Shown: positions 36,603-45,400 of the stretch, piece after piece
Numbering within the stretch: the first letter of the stretch is position 1
Layout of the letters: each line of letters starts with the position of its first letter
NCBI GenBank assembly: GCA_937981355.1
Contig: CALJPD010000019.1
Span: 1,829 to 65,828, forward strand
Length of the DNA stretch: 64,000 nt
Reading direction: 5' to 3'
DNA from: an uncultured Candidatus Saccharibacteria bacterium
GTDB taxonomy: Bacteria; Patescibacteriota; Saccharimonadia; Saccharimonadales; Saccharimonadaceae
Program-made: the position numbers and the translations under genes
The notes under the pieces: generated by a model
Databases searched by the model: none
Seen by the model: only the letters and a program-made list of their open reading frames with translations
Told to the model about the DNA's origin: nothing

Positions 36603-37561
36603 TAAAAATCTCCTTTGTGATATGCTGTCGAGGTTGGGACAGCTCCCTCGCCTTTGCGGACGAAGGTGGAAGTCACGTTATTAAAGTCGCCCAGCGGCTC
36701 GCGCACTGCCGTGTCGGGGTTATACATGTTGTAATAGAGAGTGCCGAGCTCCTTAGTCTTGAGTTGCACTGCACGCACACCAATCTGCATCAAGCCGTTG
36801 AGGATGGTGTCAGCCCGGTTACGAATTTCCTCGCGGGCTCGCTCGTAGGTTTCTTTGCTGATCTTCGTCACGGTGTTGGTATTCTTAGGGGCGAAGAGCT
36901 TAGTGAAGAACCCTTTACTCTGGTCGAGAATCGTCCCCTCTCCTGCTGGGTAATACGGGATGACGACGTAGAAACTCTTGTCCATGATGTTGGCGTTTTG
37001 CGAGAGGTCGTCGATGAAGTTGATATAGTCTTCCATCAGTACGCTGAGCAGCATGTTGTCTTGGGTGCGCTGGATAGCAACAAGCTTATCCAAATACGGG
37101 CCAATATCGACCCGCTGCGAGCGGATGCAGATCTGCACTGGGAAGTATAGCGCATTGAGGAAGTTCTGGTAGCTATACTCTACCCCCTCGCGCTCACGGG
37201 CGCTCATCAGGTCGAAGTTAATCGACTCACAGGCGATGACGGCGCGGAAGCTGCCATCACCCATGATGATCATATCATCGCGCAGTTCTGAGAGGAGGAG
37301 GCTATTCTGCGTGGTAGCGGGCTTGGGCGGAGCCTTTTTCTTGGTATCTTGAGTAGGCTGATCATTCGTACCACCCTGCACAGCTGGTGGCTGAGCCGGT
37401 GTTTGTACTACGGGGTAGTTACTCTGCGGCGGAGCGGGGTACTGCGGATAATTAGCTGGTACCTGGCCCGCTGGCGCAGTGCCCTGGCCTTGGCTATACC
37501 CAAACTGGCTGGGTGGCCCAGCTGGTGGCTGTTGATTGTTGGGTGAATTTGGTGACACCAC
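36602..37561 (-). CDS. VirB4 N-terminal domain encoded as a separate ORF, with a 100-aa Pro/Gln-rich N-terminus
   Basis: ...DGSFRAVIACESINFDL...QNFLNALYFPVQICIRS... resembles the N-terminal domain of Gram-positive VirB4 proteins. The ORF ends TAA overlapping the next ATG. Confidence 0.5.
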   Translation of the reverse strand: MVSPNSPNNQQPPAGPPSQFGYSQGQGTAPAGQVPANYPQYPAPPQSNYPVVQTPAQPPAVQGGTNDQPTQDTKKKAPPKPATTQNSLLLSELRDDMIIMGDGSFRAVIACESINFDLMSAREREGVEYSYQNFLNALYFPVQICIRSQRVDIGPYLDKLVAIQRTQDNMLLSVLMEDYINFIDDLSQNANIMDKSFYVVIPYYPAGEGTILDQSKGFFTKLFAPKNTNTVTKISKETYERAREEIRNRADTILNGLMQIGVRAVQLKTKELGTLYYNMYNPDTAVREPLGDFNNVTSTFVRKGEGAVPTSTAYHKGDF

Positions 37562-37576
37562 TCTCCTTCTTATTTC

Positions 37577-39394
37577 TTAGCGCAAAGGGATGACAATCTC
37601 ATCATCGTCATCATCTTGACTGGCCTGCTCTTGATGTTGAATCCGGTTGGCTTCATTGGCAATGGCAGCAACGGACAAATCAGAGTTGCTGGCTAGTCTA
37701 ATTATATCAGGCGAGACGGTGTTTGTGCTAGTGTTTGGCGGCATATTGTTGCGTTGCTGGGCGAGCTGCTCCTCACGTAGACGTTCCTCGCGCGTGGGGG
37801 TTGTCTTGGCGTAATAGCTGGGGTCGAGCGGCTGGATGACCGACTGGTGAATACTGGGGTATGGGTTGTAGCGCACCGCCATATCGATGACATTTTTGTC
37901 ATCAGCCAGTGTCGAGCGCTCCCGGTAGGACACGGCGGCTGGGGTGGGTGCGAGAGCTTGTGTGGTTTGGGCTGGTGCGACGGGTGGCTGCTGAGTTGGT
38001 ACTGGCTGCTGGGAAGGGTGTGGCGTAGGAGTGTGTGGATAATTGGGAGTTGGCGCTGCTGGGGTCGGTTGCTCTGCAGGTGCTGGAGTGAATGGCGGCT
38101 GAGTATCGGTAGGAGGTGTTGCTTCAGCTGATGGGTAGCTGGGTGCAGTTGTGGTGCGCGTGGCTGACTTTTGGGGTGGCACAAGCGGCACAGCATCAGT
38201 GGTGGGAGCAACGTGCTGGCGCAGGTTGGCATAGATCGTTTCGAAGGATGGTGTCTCCTCTGGTTTGGGCTCTGGCGCAGTTTCTGCTGTGGGTTTAGCC
38301 GGTGTGTAGGGCTTACTCAGGGCGTCTGGCAAAACCGAATCGTGTGGAATAACGGCGGGCAGTGCCATTGGTAGAGACTGGAGTGAGTCATGCGCCACAT
38401 CATCCACTGGCGAAATCTCGTATACCTTGGTAGATTGCTGAGGTGGGTATGGGTTTGGTTGATTTTGGTAAGCGCTAGCGTCGGGTGAAGGAGCTTGCTG
38501 ACGCGACGATACAGTGCGGTTCTCCGGGAAACTCGTGGACGAATACGACACCGCTGGGCGCTGAGGCTCTGGTGCTGGGTATGGCGGCTCAGGCATACGA
38601 GGCTGAGGTGGTGATACTGGTGCAAAACCAGCATCGTCAACTGGTGGCTGGTATGGTGGTGTAACCTGTGGTGGAATAGTTGGAGTTGGCTGTGCTGCTG
38701 CCTGGTATGGTTGCGGCTGAGTCTGCGGCCATGCTGGCTGATATGGCACCGGGGCTTGCTGGAGTGGTTGCCCATCAGCTATGGCAGGTAGTGCAGCTGG
38801 TGGGGCTTGCATGCGCTCAATGGCGGCCTGGCGCCGGGCTTGATTGGATTGCTCAATGCGCCGCGTCATCGCCCGTGCTTCGCTGCTGTTGTCATCAAAC
38901 ATATCCGAGGTCTGCTGCGCCTCGAAGTAGACGTCACTAATCATCGACCCCTGTGCATCGGGCACGCGGGTGTGGCGGATAGACCAGCCATGGCTATCAG
39001 CTAGCTGTGACAGATACGCCAGGCGGCGCTCGGCTTCGTCTTGGCTGAGGTTCTTCGTTCGCTCAATCTCCACTTTCTCGGGCACCGTAATCTCGATTAA
39101 CGAGTTAATGCCATCAGGTTGCCACATCCGTCGGCGTGGCTTGGTGTAGAATGACACTATCGCCGCAAGGTAGACCTCCATTGGCTGATCCTTGCGCAGT
39201 GGCAAAGCTAGCGCACCAAACAGCAGAATAATCGGCACTGGAATGACCGCCAGCGGCAAAAACACCTGTGACAATCCCCACGCCAACGCAATCCCCGCCG
39301 CCGCAACTAGCAGATAAATAAACTGGCGAAAGCTAAACGGCCCAAGAATCTTATCCTCTGCCTCTACATCCTGCGCAACCTTATATCTCGACAT
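37577..39394 (-). CDS. PrgI/VirB3-like T4SS membrane protein with an approximately 430-aa proline-rich C-terminal extension
   Basis: N-terminus KVAQDVEAEDKILGPFSFRQFIYLL followed by two TM helices matches the PrgI family. The remainder is P/Q/A/T-rich low complexity. Confidence 0.5.
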   Translation of the reverse strand: MSRYKVAQDVEAEDKILGPFSFRQFIYLLVAAAGIALAWGLSQVFLPLAVIPVPIILLFGALALPLRKDQPMEVYLAAIVSFYTKPRRRMWQPDGINSLIEITVPEKVEIERTKNLSQDEAERRLAYLSQLADSHGWSIRHTRVPDAQGSMISDVYFEAQQTSDMFDDNSSEARAMTRRIEQSNQARRQAAIERMQAPPAALPAIADGQPLQQAPVPYQPAWPQTQPQPYQAAAQPTPTIPPQVTPPYQPPVDDAGFAPVSPPQPRMPEPPYPAPEPQRPAVSYSSTSFPENRTVSSRQQAPSPDASAYQNQPNPYPPQQSTKVYEISPVDDVAHDSLQSLPMALPAVIPHDSVLPDALSKPYTPAKPTAETAPEPKPEETPSFETIYANLRQHVAPTTDAVPLVPPQKSATRTTTAPSYPSAEATPPTDTQPPFTPAPAEQPTPAAPTPNYPHTPTPHPSQQPVPTQQPPVAPAQTTQALAPTPAAVSYRERSTLADDKNVIDMAVRYNPYPSIHQSVIQPLDPSYYAKTTPTREERLREEQLAQQRNNMPPNTSTNTVSPDIIRLASNSDLSVAAIANEANRIQHQEQASQDDDDDEIVIPLR

Positions 39395-39480
39395 AGCTTA
39401 TGTATTTATTATAGCATGAGGGGGATAGATGGACAGTAAAGATGAGTGATTGGTTTACTTTACAGAAGCGAGAGAGGATA

Positions 39481-42234
39481 TTAGATATCTTTCCATTTTC
39501 TCATTGCTTGTGCGTGATTATTTACCATTGGGTTACCAAGAATTTCTGGAGATAATTCTGGCGAGTTAAGAGCAGCCTCGACAGCTTGTCCTGTTGCTTT
39601 GCGCGCTTCAAAAATATCATTATAGCTAACACGTGGGTCTTTTGAGTGTCTTTTGTTGAGGGCTTCATGTAGATTCCTTGCTGCAGCTCCATCCATTTGT
39701 GCGACTTTAGACGCAGTGATTTTGCCAGCATTTGCTGCGTCAGTAACAGCCTTATCGAAGTTAAATTTTCCAGACTGAATATCGGCAATTGCACGACCGG
39801 TCACCCAGGGGTTCTTACTAGCCGCACCTGAATCTCGAATACCCTCAGCGAGTGTTTGAAGATCAAAGGCGTCTAGTGGCCCCATTGACGATTCTGGATC
39901 AACGGATGCTTCTGCGAGCTTTTTAATCTGATCTGAGTTTCCACCCTTGGCTGCTCGTTGAAGGACAAAACGCCTGTCATATTGAGGCATTTTAGCGCCT
40001 TCAAGAATTGGGACAAGCTCGCCCTTCTTGTTTCTCCCCATTATATTTCCACCCATTGCAAGATCAAAATAATCGCCCTGAGTAAGTGATTGCTTTTTGC
40101 CCTCAGCATTTACATATTCTATGTTTTCGTATTTTGCTTCAGCGAGGTCCATTTCCTCTTTTGACTGCTGTTTTATAATATTGGCAGCATTCCCTTGGGC
40201 GCGTCGAGCTGTCTCTCCAATAGCCCCTGGGACTCTCCCGGCTATATTGTTGATACCGCCCATTGTTTTGCTTCTTGCATTTCTGACCCAGTTTGTGGGG
40301 ATCCAGTTAGAACCTCTATAGGTGCCCGCTTGTATTTGTGCCCGCCTACGCTCTTTATTTCGTTTACGAGTGGCCATAAGTTGCCCATACATAGAATTAT
40401 CCAGCCCAGACTGCAATTTCTTCTCAGTAGCATTACCAGCTAGTTTACCCCATCTATCGGCAATATTCGCTAGCCCCATCATTGAGGTCATGAGGCTTGT
40501 CAGACGAGAGACCAGGAGAAGTGGCGTGAAGGTAAGAGCAGCAGCAATAATCTGTAATAATACCTCCGACTCACCCTTCATACCATTAATGACCGTTGCT
40601 CCTAGGTTGCACGCACCATAGAGCAGGCCAACTGCAGGGTAAAGAAGGAGTAGTGTCTTGAAGAACCCCCACCACTTCTTGAACAGTCCCTCCGTACTTG
40701 GTAATAGCAGTGCTACAAAGGCAAGCGGAGACAAGATAATAGTAAAGATAACCAATGCATGCCGTGCCCCAAGTAAGAATACTGTGACTGTGACGGTGAC
40801 GGCTACAAAGACAAGTCCAGAGATGAGCGCCCCTACAACAAAGAAGCCAACAGTACCAGCAAGAACCAAAGCAGCAAAACCGGTCCACCCATTACCTTTC
40901 GTTGCCCAGCCACCCTCTGGGCCACTCCCACCACCACCAAGTGAGGTAATGAAGTTGAACGATGATGACCCAACAATATTAGAGATATCGACAAGAATGC
41001 TACATATATAGAAAGATATATTGACGAGGACGATAGTCATAAGAAGCTTGGGTAAAAGCTTCTTAATACCATAATTGCTAATACCAAGACCACTAACCTG
41101 TGAGTAGATAACAATCAAGAAAACGATAATAAAGACGATATTGGCAATATCACGAATGCGCGACCAATAGTGAAAGGCCGAGTCGGGGCCACGATCTGTC
41201 AATATAAACGAGTTAACTTCAAGTAGCTTGGCCAAAATACCTGCGGAATCGTCTGAGATGTCGGCGAGGAAGTTGACGACGGGGCAGATGATCCAGCCAA
41301 TACCGTCAATGGCGCAGCGTGATTTGGAATCTTCTCCCCCATCTTTATTTTCTTCACTAGCGCCGGCTGCTTGAGAAGCCTGCTCTCCTGTTCCAGCATT
41401 GGTGTTGCCACCTGTGTTGGCTTTATTTTTCTCGGCTTCTTTAATTGCAACCTGCGCTTGCTCTGTGACTTTTTTTGATTTATCTATACAAATTTGTTCA
41501 TCTTTTACTTCTCCAGCACCAGGCCCTGCTGACAAAGTTTTGTCAGTTGGGGCTGTATATTTTGCTATAACTTGCTGTACTACGTCGTTGTTGCCGTCTT
41601 TCCCAATTTTGCTGTAGGATATATATCCATCTTTTGCCTTGTCTGCGAGAGTAGTTTGAGAACTATTAAATTCTGATCGATTTTTCTCATCCTTGACAGA
41701 GCATGTACTAACAAAGTCGCTGTAATAGTACGAATATAATTCGCCTGGTGATAGATATTCCTTTGGGTCATCATTTTTTACACCAAGCTTGCTTCTAATT
41801 GCTCTGTTCACACCTCCTTGCTTGCCATTAGTCGGCTCCCACCAGTCTCCTCCTCCATCATCTTTTCTATACCCAGCTGCAGTCAGAAAATCTTCAGCGT
41901 CTGAAAAACCCCATTTGGGGATACCCTCTTCGTAAATAGCAGTACAAGACATTTCTTTGCCTCCGACAGTGCGTTTCCTACTAAGCTTGGACCCCTGAAG
42001 AGAATTACCCGAAATATCTTTGAAATAAAGCCATTTTACATCATCAAAACACCCTGGGTCAAGACTGTTACTGTCCCCATTCTGGCCCATATATAAAACC
42101 CACGTCCGAACCTTATCATCATGATCATCAGCATACGCCTTGTGGTCTATAAATACACTAAAACTCAGCACGAGAATAATAGCTAATGGAAAGAGTGAAA
42201 AGCGCTTTAGCTTAGATACAAGAGAGTTTGTCAT
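39481..42234 (-). CDS. VirB6/ConG/TcpH-like polytopic T4SS channel protein
   Basis: 917 aa. Signal peptide, about 300-aa extracytoplasmic N-domain, 7 or more TM helices including CAIDGIGWIICPVVNFLADI, and a C-terminal soluble domain. Confidence 0.5.
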   Translation of the reverse strand: MTNSLVSKLKRFSLFPLAIILVLSFSVFIDHKAYADDHDDKVRTWVLYMGQNGDSNSLDPGCFDDVKWLYFKDISGNSLQGSKLSRKRTVGGKEMSCTAIYEEGIPKWGFSDAEDFLTAAGYRKDDGGGDWWEPTNGKQGGVNRAIRSKLGVKNDDPKEYLSPGELYSYYYSDFVSTCSVKDEKNRSEFNSSQTTLADKAKDGYISYSKIGKDGNNDVVQQVIAKYTAPTDKTLSAGPGAGEVKDEQICIDKSKKVTEQAQVAIKEAEKNKANTGGNTNAGTGEQASQAAGASEENKDGGEDSKSRCAIDGIGWIICPVVNFLADISDDSAGILAKLLEVNSFILTDRGPDSAFHYWSRIRDIANIVFIIVFLIVIYSQVSGLGISNYGIKKLLPKLLMTIVLVNISFYICSILVDISNIVGSSSFNFITSLGGGGSGPEGGWATKGNGWTGFAALVLAGTVGFFVVGALISGLVFVAVTVTVTVFLLGARHALVIFTIILSPLAFVALLLPSTEGLFKKWWGFFKTLLLLYPAVGLLYGACNLGATVINGMKGESEVLLQIIAAALTFTPLLLVSRLTSLMTSMMGLANIADRWGKLAGNATEKKLQSGLDNSMYGQLMATRKRNKERRRAQIQAGTYRGSNWIPTNWVRNARSKTMGGINNIAGRVPGAIGETARRAQGNAANIIKQQSKEEMDLAEAKYENIEYVNAEGKKQSLTQGDYFDLAMGGNIMGRNKKGELVPILEGAKMPQYDRRFVLQRAAKGGNSDQIKKLAEASVDPESSMGPLDAFDLQTLAEGIRDSGAASKNPWVTGRAIADIQSGKFNFDKAVTDAANAGKITASKVAQMDGAAARNLHEALNKRHSKDPRVSYNDIFEARKATGQAVEAALNSPELSPEILGNPMVNNHAQAMRKWKDI

Positions 42235-42326
42235 ACACTACATATAATACACAAAAATAAGTAAGAAAACCAGCCAAATAACGTAAGTAATGTATGATAT
42301 TTGGCTGGTCTTTGCTTCAACAAGGG

Positions 42327-43451
42327 CTATTGTTCTTCGACATCGTTGAGAGGCGCAGTAATCTCTGGTTTTATAGCGCGAGCCTCGTCGCTTTTGTCGT
42401 CTGTTGGATAGAGGTAAGACATGCGAGGGAATGAATGCACTGTGTATTGGCCCGTTTTTCGATCGTTTTTAGTTATTTGCCTTTGGCGCTCAATACCTGC
42501 GTCGTATGATTTTTTATCCTTATCCTTTTCTCTCACCTCTTGTACTTCGCAATATGCTGCCGAATATACCTGGGGTTGATTGGTTTCTTTGCCGTCGTTG
42601 ATTGGGAATGGGTCTTCGTATGGTGCCATTTGGGCGCATTTCGTAACGCGGAGAACTATGCGGTCTTCTTCCTTCGGTTTTTTGCCTTTCGTATGAGCTT
42701 CATAGGCAGCTTCGACAAGGCGGCCATAATAACCGTGGGGTTTTGATTGGTTTTTATCGCCGCCATCTTTACTCTCATCATTGGAACCTCTAACAATGTT
42801 AGAATGTGGGACGTCTATATAATCTGCCAAGCACCGCAGCACTGGCCATGCGTCGACTTCTCTACCCTCTGCATTTGTGAATAAAGCATTTGACTGAGCA
42901 TCATCACAGAGATCACGGAAAAGTCGATCAACATTATCAAACCACGCAATTGCCAACTCTTTTGACTGGTCAGCACGTGATTCGGTAAGAATTGTCATGA
43001 CATTGGGGTCAAGATTGTTACTAAAGAAGGTTTTACACGTGAGCCCTTTGTCATAGTCATTTAAGGTATCCCACCTGTTAGAATCGAATTCGCTGAGATT
43101 TGCGAAATTATACGACCGGAGGGGCTTGGGTCGCTCACTACTTGGTGTGCCAGGCTCTACCGGCTCTTGGGTAGGTGACGGAGTTTCTGTCGCCGTGGCA
43201 GATGGGGTTGCTTCTGGGCTCGAGCTTGGAGATTCTGATGGAGAGGGTGTTTCTGAAGAGGCTGAGCTAGATCGGCCACGACCTAAAAGAGCTGCTGATA
43301 GACCTGCTCCAACAGCCAAGGCTGCACCACCGAGACTCAAACCGAGAAGGAAATCTCGTCTACGGGGTTTTTTTTGTTCATGTGAGGCTGCACTATCTGG
43401 TTCTTCAGATCCGCTAGCGTTTGCCGGATAACCATTGTATTTGTCTGTCAT
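42327..43451 (-). CDS. Secreted protein with Tat-type signal peptide and Ser/Pro/Thr-rich linker (first gene of the T4SS operon)
   Basis: The RRRDFLLGLSLGGAALAVGAG twin-arginine motif, then an SPSESPSSSPEATPS linker, then an approximately 250-aa domain. Start taken as the ATG at 43451 with GGAGGA 9 nt upstream. Confidence 0.45.
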   Translation of the reverse strand: MTDKYNGYPANASGSEEPDSAASHEQKKPRRRDFLLGLSLGGAALAVGAGLSAALLGRGRSSSASSETPSPSESPSSSPEATPSATATETPSPTQEPVEPGTPSSERPKPLRSYNFANLSEFDSNRWDTLNDYDKGLTCKTFFSNNLDPNVMTILTESRADQSKELAIAWFDNVDRLFRDLCDDAQSNALFTNAEGREVDAWPVLRCLADYIDVPHSNIVRGSNDESKDGGDKNQSKPHGYYGRLVEAAYEAHTKGKKPKEEDRIVLRVTKCAQMAPYEDPFPINDGKETNQPQVYSAAYCEVQEVREKDKDKKSYDAGIERQRQITKNDRKTGQYTVHSFPRMSYLYPTDDKSDEARAIKPEITAPLNDVEEQ

Positions 43452-43518
43452 AAGCTTCAATCCTCCCCAATACAGGATTAGTGGTTATGTGTGCTTATTG
43501 TATGCGCACTTGCGTTTC

Positions 43519-43547
43519 ATGCTACCATTGTTTGCGCGGCAGGTCAA
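43519..43547 (-). promoter_or_regulatory. Candidate promoter TTGACC-N17-TAGCAT for the T4SS operon
   Basis: The minus strand reads TATTTGACCtgccgcgcaaacaatggTAGCAT about 70 nt upstream of the first gene. A 330-bp AT-rich tract lies further upstream. Confidence 0.3.
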
Positions 43548-43849
43548 ATATTTTTTGGCCTCTGTTGAGGAAAATGAATGGCGCATGCACACAGAGGTTA
43601 GTATAGAAATATATTCGAACGATATTTTTTGGAAAAAATGGGAGATATTTTATACATACCGCATGATAAAGAAAATATGGTGGTTTGCAACCACCTAATC
43701 ATGTAAGAATAAATAATATTCATCCTCCCTCTATATTTGTATTTAAAATATATAACGATACAGACTGACAAATATAATACCAATACACACGCTCATAGGT
43801 AAAATACTTGCATGAGCAAATTGCAATATATCCGAGCAACTCATACATA

Positions 43850-43878
43850 TTGCCACCCCACCCTACATCCGCTATAAT
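43850..43878 (+). promoter_or_regulatory. Promoter TTGCCA-N17-TATAAT for tRNA-Ser(GGA)
   Basis: -35 at 43850-43855 and -10 at 43873-43878, 10 nt before the mature tRNA 5-prime end. Confidence 0.45.
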
Positions 43879-43888
43879 ACAGAGGTAC

Positions 43889-43978
43889 GGAGAGGTGCAA
43901 GAGTGGTTGAATTGGCACGCCTGGAACGCGTGTGTGGCGGCAACGTCACCCAGGGTTCGAATCCCTGTCTCTCCGCCA
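43889..43978 (+). tRNA. tRNA-Ser (anticodon GGA)
   Basis: Hand-folded: 7-bp acceptor stem, 3-bp D stem, anticodon stem CACGC/GCGTG, loop CTGGAAC, long variable arm, T arm CAGGG-TTCGAAT-CCCTG, and an encoded CCA. Confidence 0.85.
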
Positions 43979-44116
43979 TATCAGCGCCAGGCGGCACGCT
44001 GCCATAGAAGTGCGCTGCTGATTCGTCTTTTGGCATGATGCGTGGCTATACTGCATATTTTTGTGCAGATTGGGCTTGCAGAAATGTTTTTTGACAGTTT
44101 ATACTAAAGGATAATT

Positions 44117-45400
44117 ATGGTACGATCTTCTACACCAGTTATAGAACTCCGAGGCCTCACCAAGCAGTATGGTCTGGGCGACGCTGCCCAAAATGCCTTG
44201 GACAACGTCGACCTGCGAGTCGAAAAAGGCGAATTCATCGTAATCATGGGCCCCAGTGGTTGCGGTAAGACGACATTGCTCAATATCATGGGCTTGCTCG
44301 ACCGCGCCGATAGCGGCGAGTATTTTCTTGATGGAACATCGGTGGCCACGCTGAGCAAGCGCCAGCACGCCCGGATTCGCTCGCGGCAGATTGGCATCGT
44401 CTTCCAGAGTTTTAACCTGATTAATCGCCTAACGGTGCTTGAGAATGTTGCCCTTCCCCTGAGTTATCGTGGAGGGATGCGCCGCGTCAAGCGTCTGGAG
44501 CAAGCCAGTGCAGTGCTGAAGAATTTCCACCTCCAAGAGCGCGAATATTACATGCCGTGGCAGCTTAGTGGTGGACAGGTGCAGCGTGTGGCAATTGCTC
44601 GCGCCCTGGTAAATCACCCGTCGATTATCCTAGCTGATGAGCCAACTGGTAACCTCGATAGCCGTTCGAGCCATATCATCATGGAAGAACTGGCTCAACT
44701 ACACCGCCGGGGTAATACCATCATTATGGTGACGCACAACCCGAACCTCACGAGCTATGCTAGCCGCGTGATTAAGATGCTTGATGGGCAGATTGCCAGT
44801 GATGAGCAGATGCGCACCACTGCTGCCACGCCAACACCAGTGGCTCGCAAGCCACGGGTTCGCCGAGCGGCACCTGCTGGCAAGACTACACCGACGATTG
44901 CGCACGGCTCGGCATCGGCTGCTCAGCCAGCTGTACCCGTCAAGGCAATTGCTCGCGGTCGTCCCGCCAAGGCTACGGCACCAGCAACGACAGCGCCAAC
45001 AGTGGTCGACTACGAAGATCCGCACACCCAAGATGGCCCAACTATTGAGCCTATGCCAGTTGCCCCACCAGAGGTGCCGCCAGCCTTGCCGGCCGCGCCG
45101 CAGGCTCCGTCGGTAGCGCAGCCTGCTCTGGCACACTCTGCTGCGCCGGCTCATACAACCTCAGTTACCCCGGCTCAGTCTACACCAGCTTTGCCAGCGC
45201 AACCTACCCCAGCTCAATCCCAACCAGCTGCACCACAGCCAACCAACCAACCTGCAGCACCAGTGGCCCATACTGCAGCTCAGCCATCATCTACGTCGTC
45301 TGCTGTATCGGTCGCTCAGCCAGTTGTGGCTACACCGGCTCAGCAGCCCGCTACACCATCGTCTGCTCACCAATCTAGCACAAAGGAGCCCCAGGCATGA
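44117..45400 (+). CDS. ABC transporter ATP-binding protein (FtsE/MacB/LolD-like) with an approximately 200-aa Pro/Ala/Thr/Gln-rich C-terminal extension
   Basis: Walker A GPSGCGKTT, signature LSGGQVQRVAIARAL, and Walker B ILADEPTGNLD, followed by low complexity. AAAGGAT SD. Confidence 0.8.
   Translation: MVRSSTPVIELRGLTKQYGLGDAAQNALDNVDLRVEKGEFIVIMGPSGCGKTTLLNIMGLLDRADSGEYFLDGTSVATLSKRQHARIRSRQIGIVFQSFNLINRLTVLENVALPLSYRGGMRRVKRLEQASAVLKNFHLQEREYYMPWQLSGGQVQRVAIARALVNHPSIILADEPTGNLDSRSSHIIMEELAQLHRRGNTIIMVTHNPNLTSYASRVIKMLDGQIASDEQMRTTAATPTPVARKPRVRRAAPAGKTTPTIAHGSASAAQPAVPVKAIARGRPAKATAPATTAPTVVDYEDPHTQDGPTIEPMPVAPPEVPPALPAAPQAPSVAQPALAHSAAPAHTTSVTPAQSTPALPAQPTPAQSQPAAPQPTNQPAAPVAHTAAQPSSTSSAVSVAQPVVATPAQQPATPSSAHQSSTKEPQA

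Noticed and set aside
37702-38775. Multiple overlapping ORFs in alternative frames within the PrgI-like gene proline-rich region
   Set aside because: Repetitive Pro-rich coding creates long open frames in other registers. Only the frame continuous with the PrgI-like N-terminus was kept.
29703-43978. T4SS locus as an integrative conjugative element inserted at tRNA-Ser
   Set aside because: No integrase, relaxase or coupling protein is present. There is no visible direct repeat of the tRNA 3-prime end near recF, and GC content matches the flanks.
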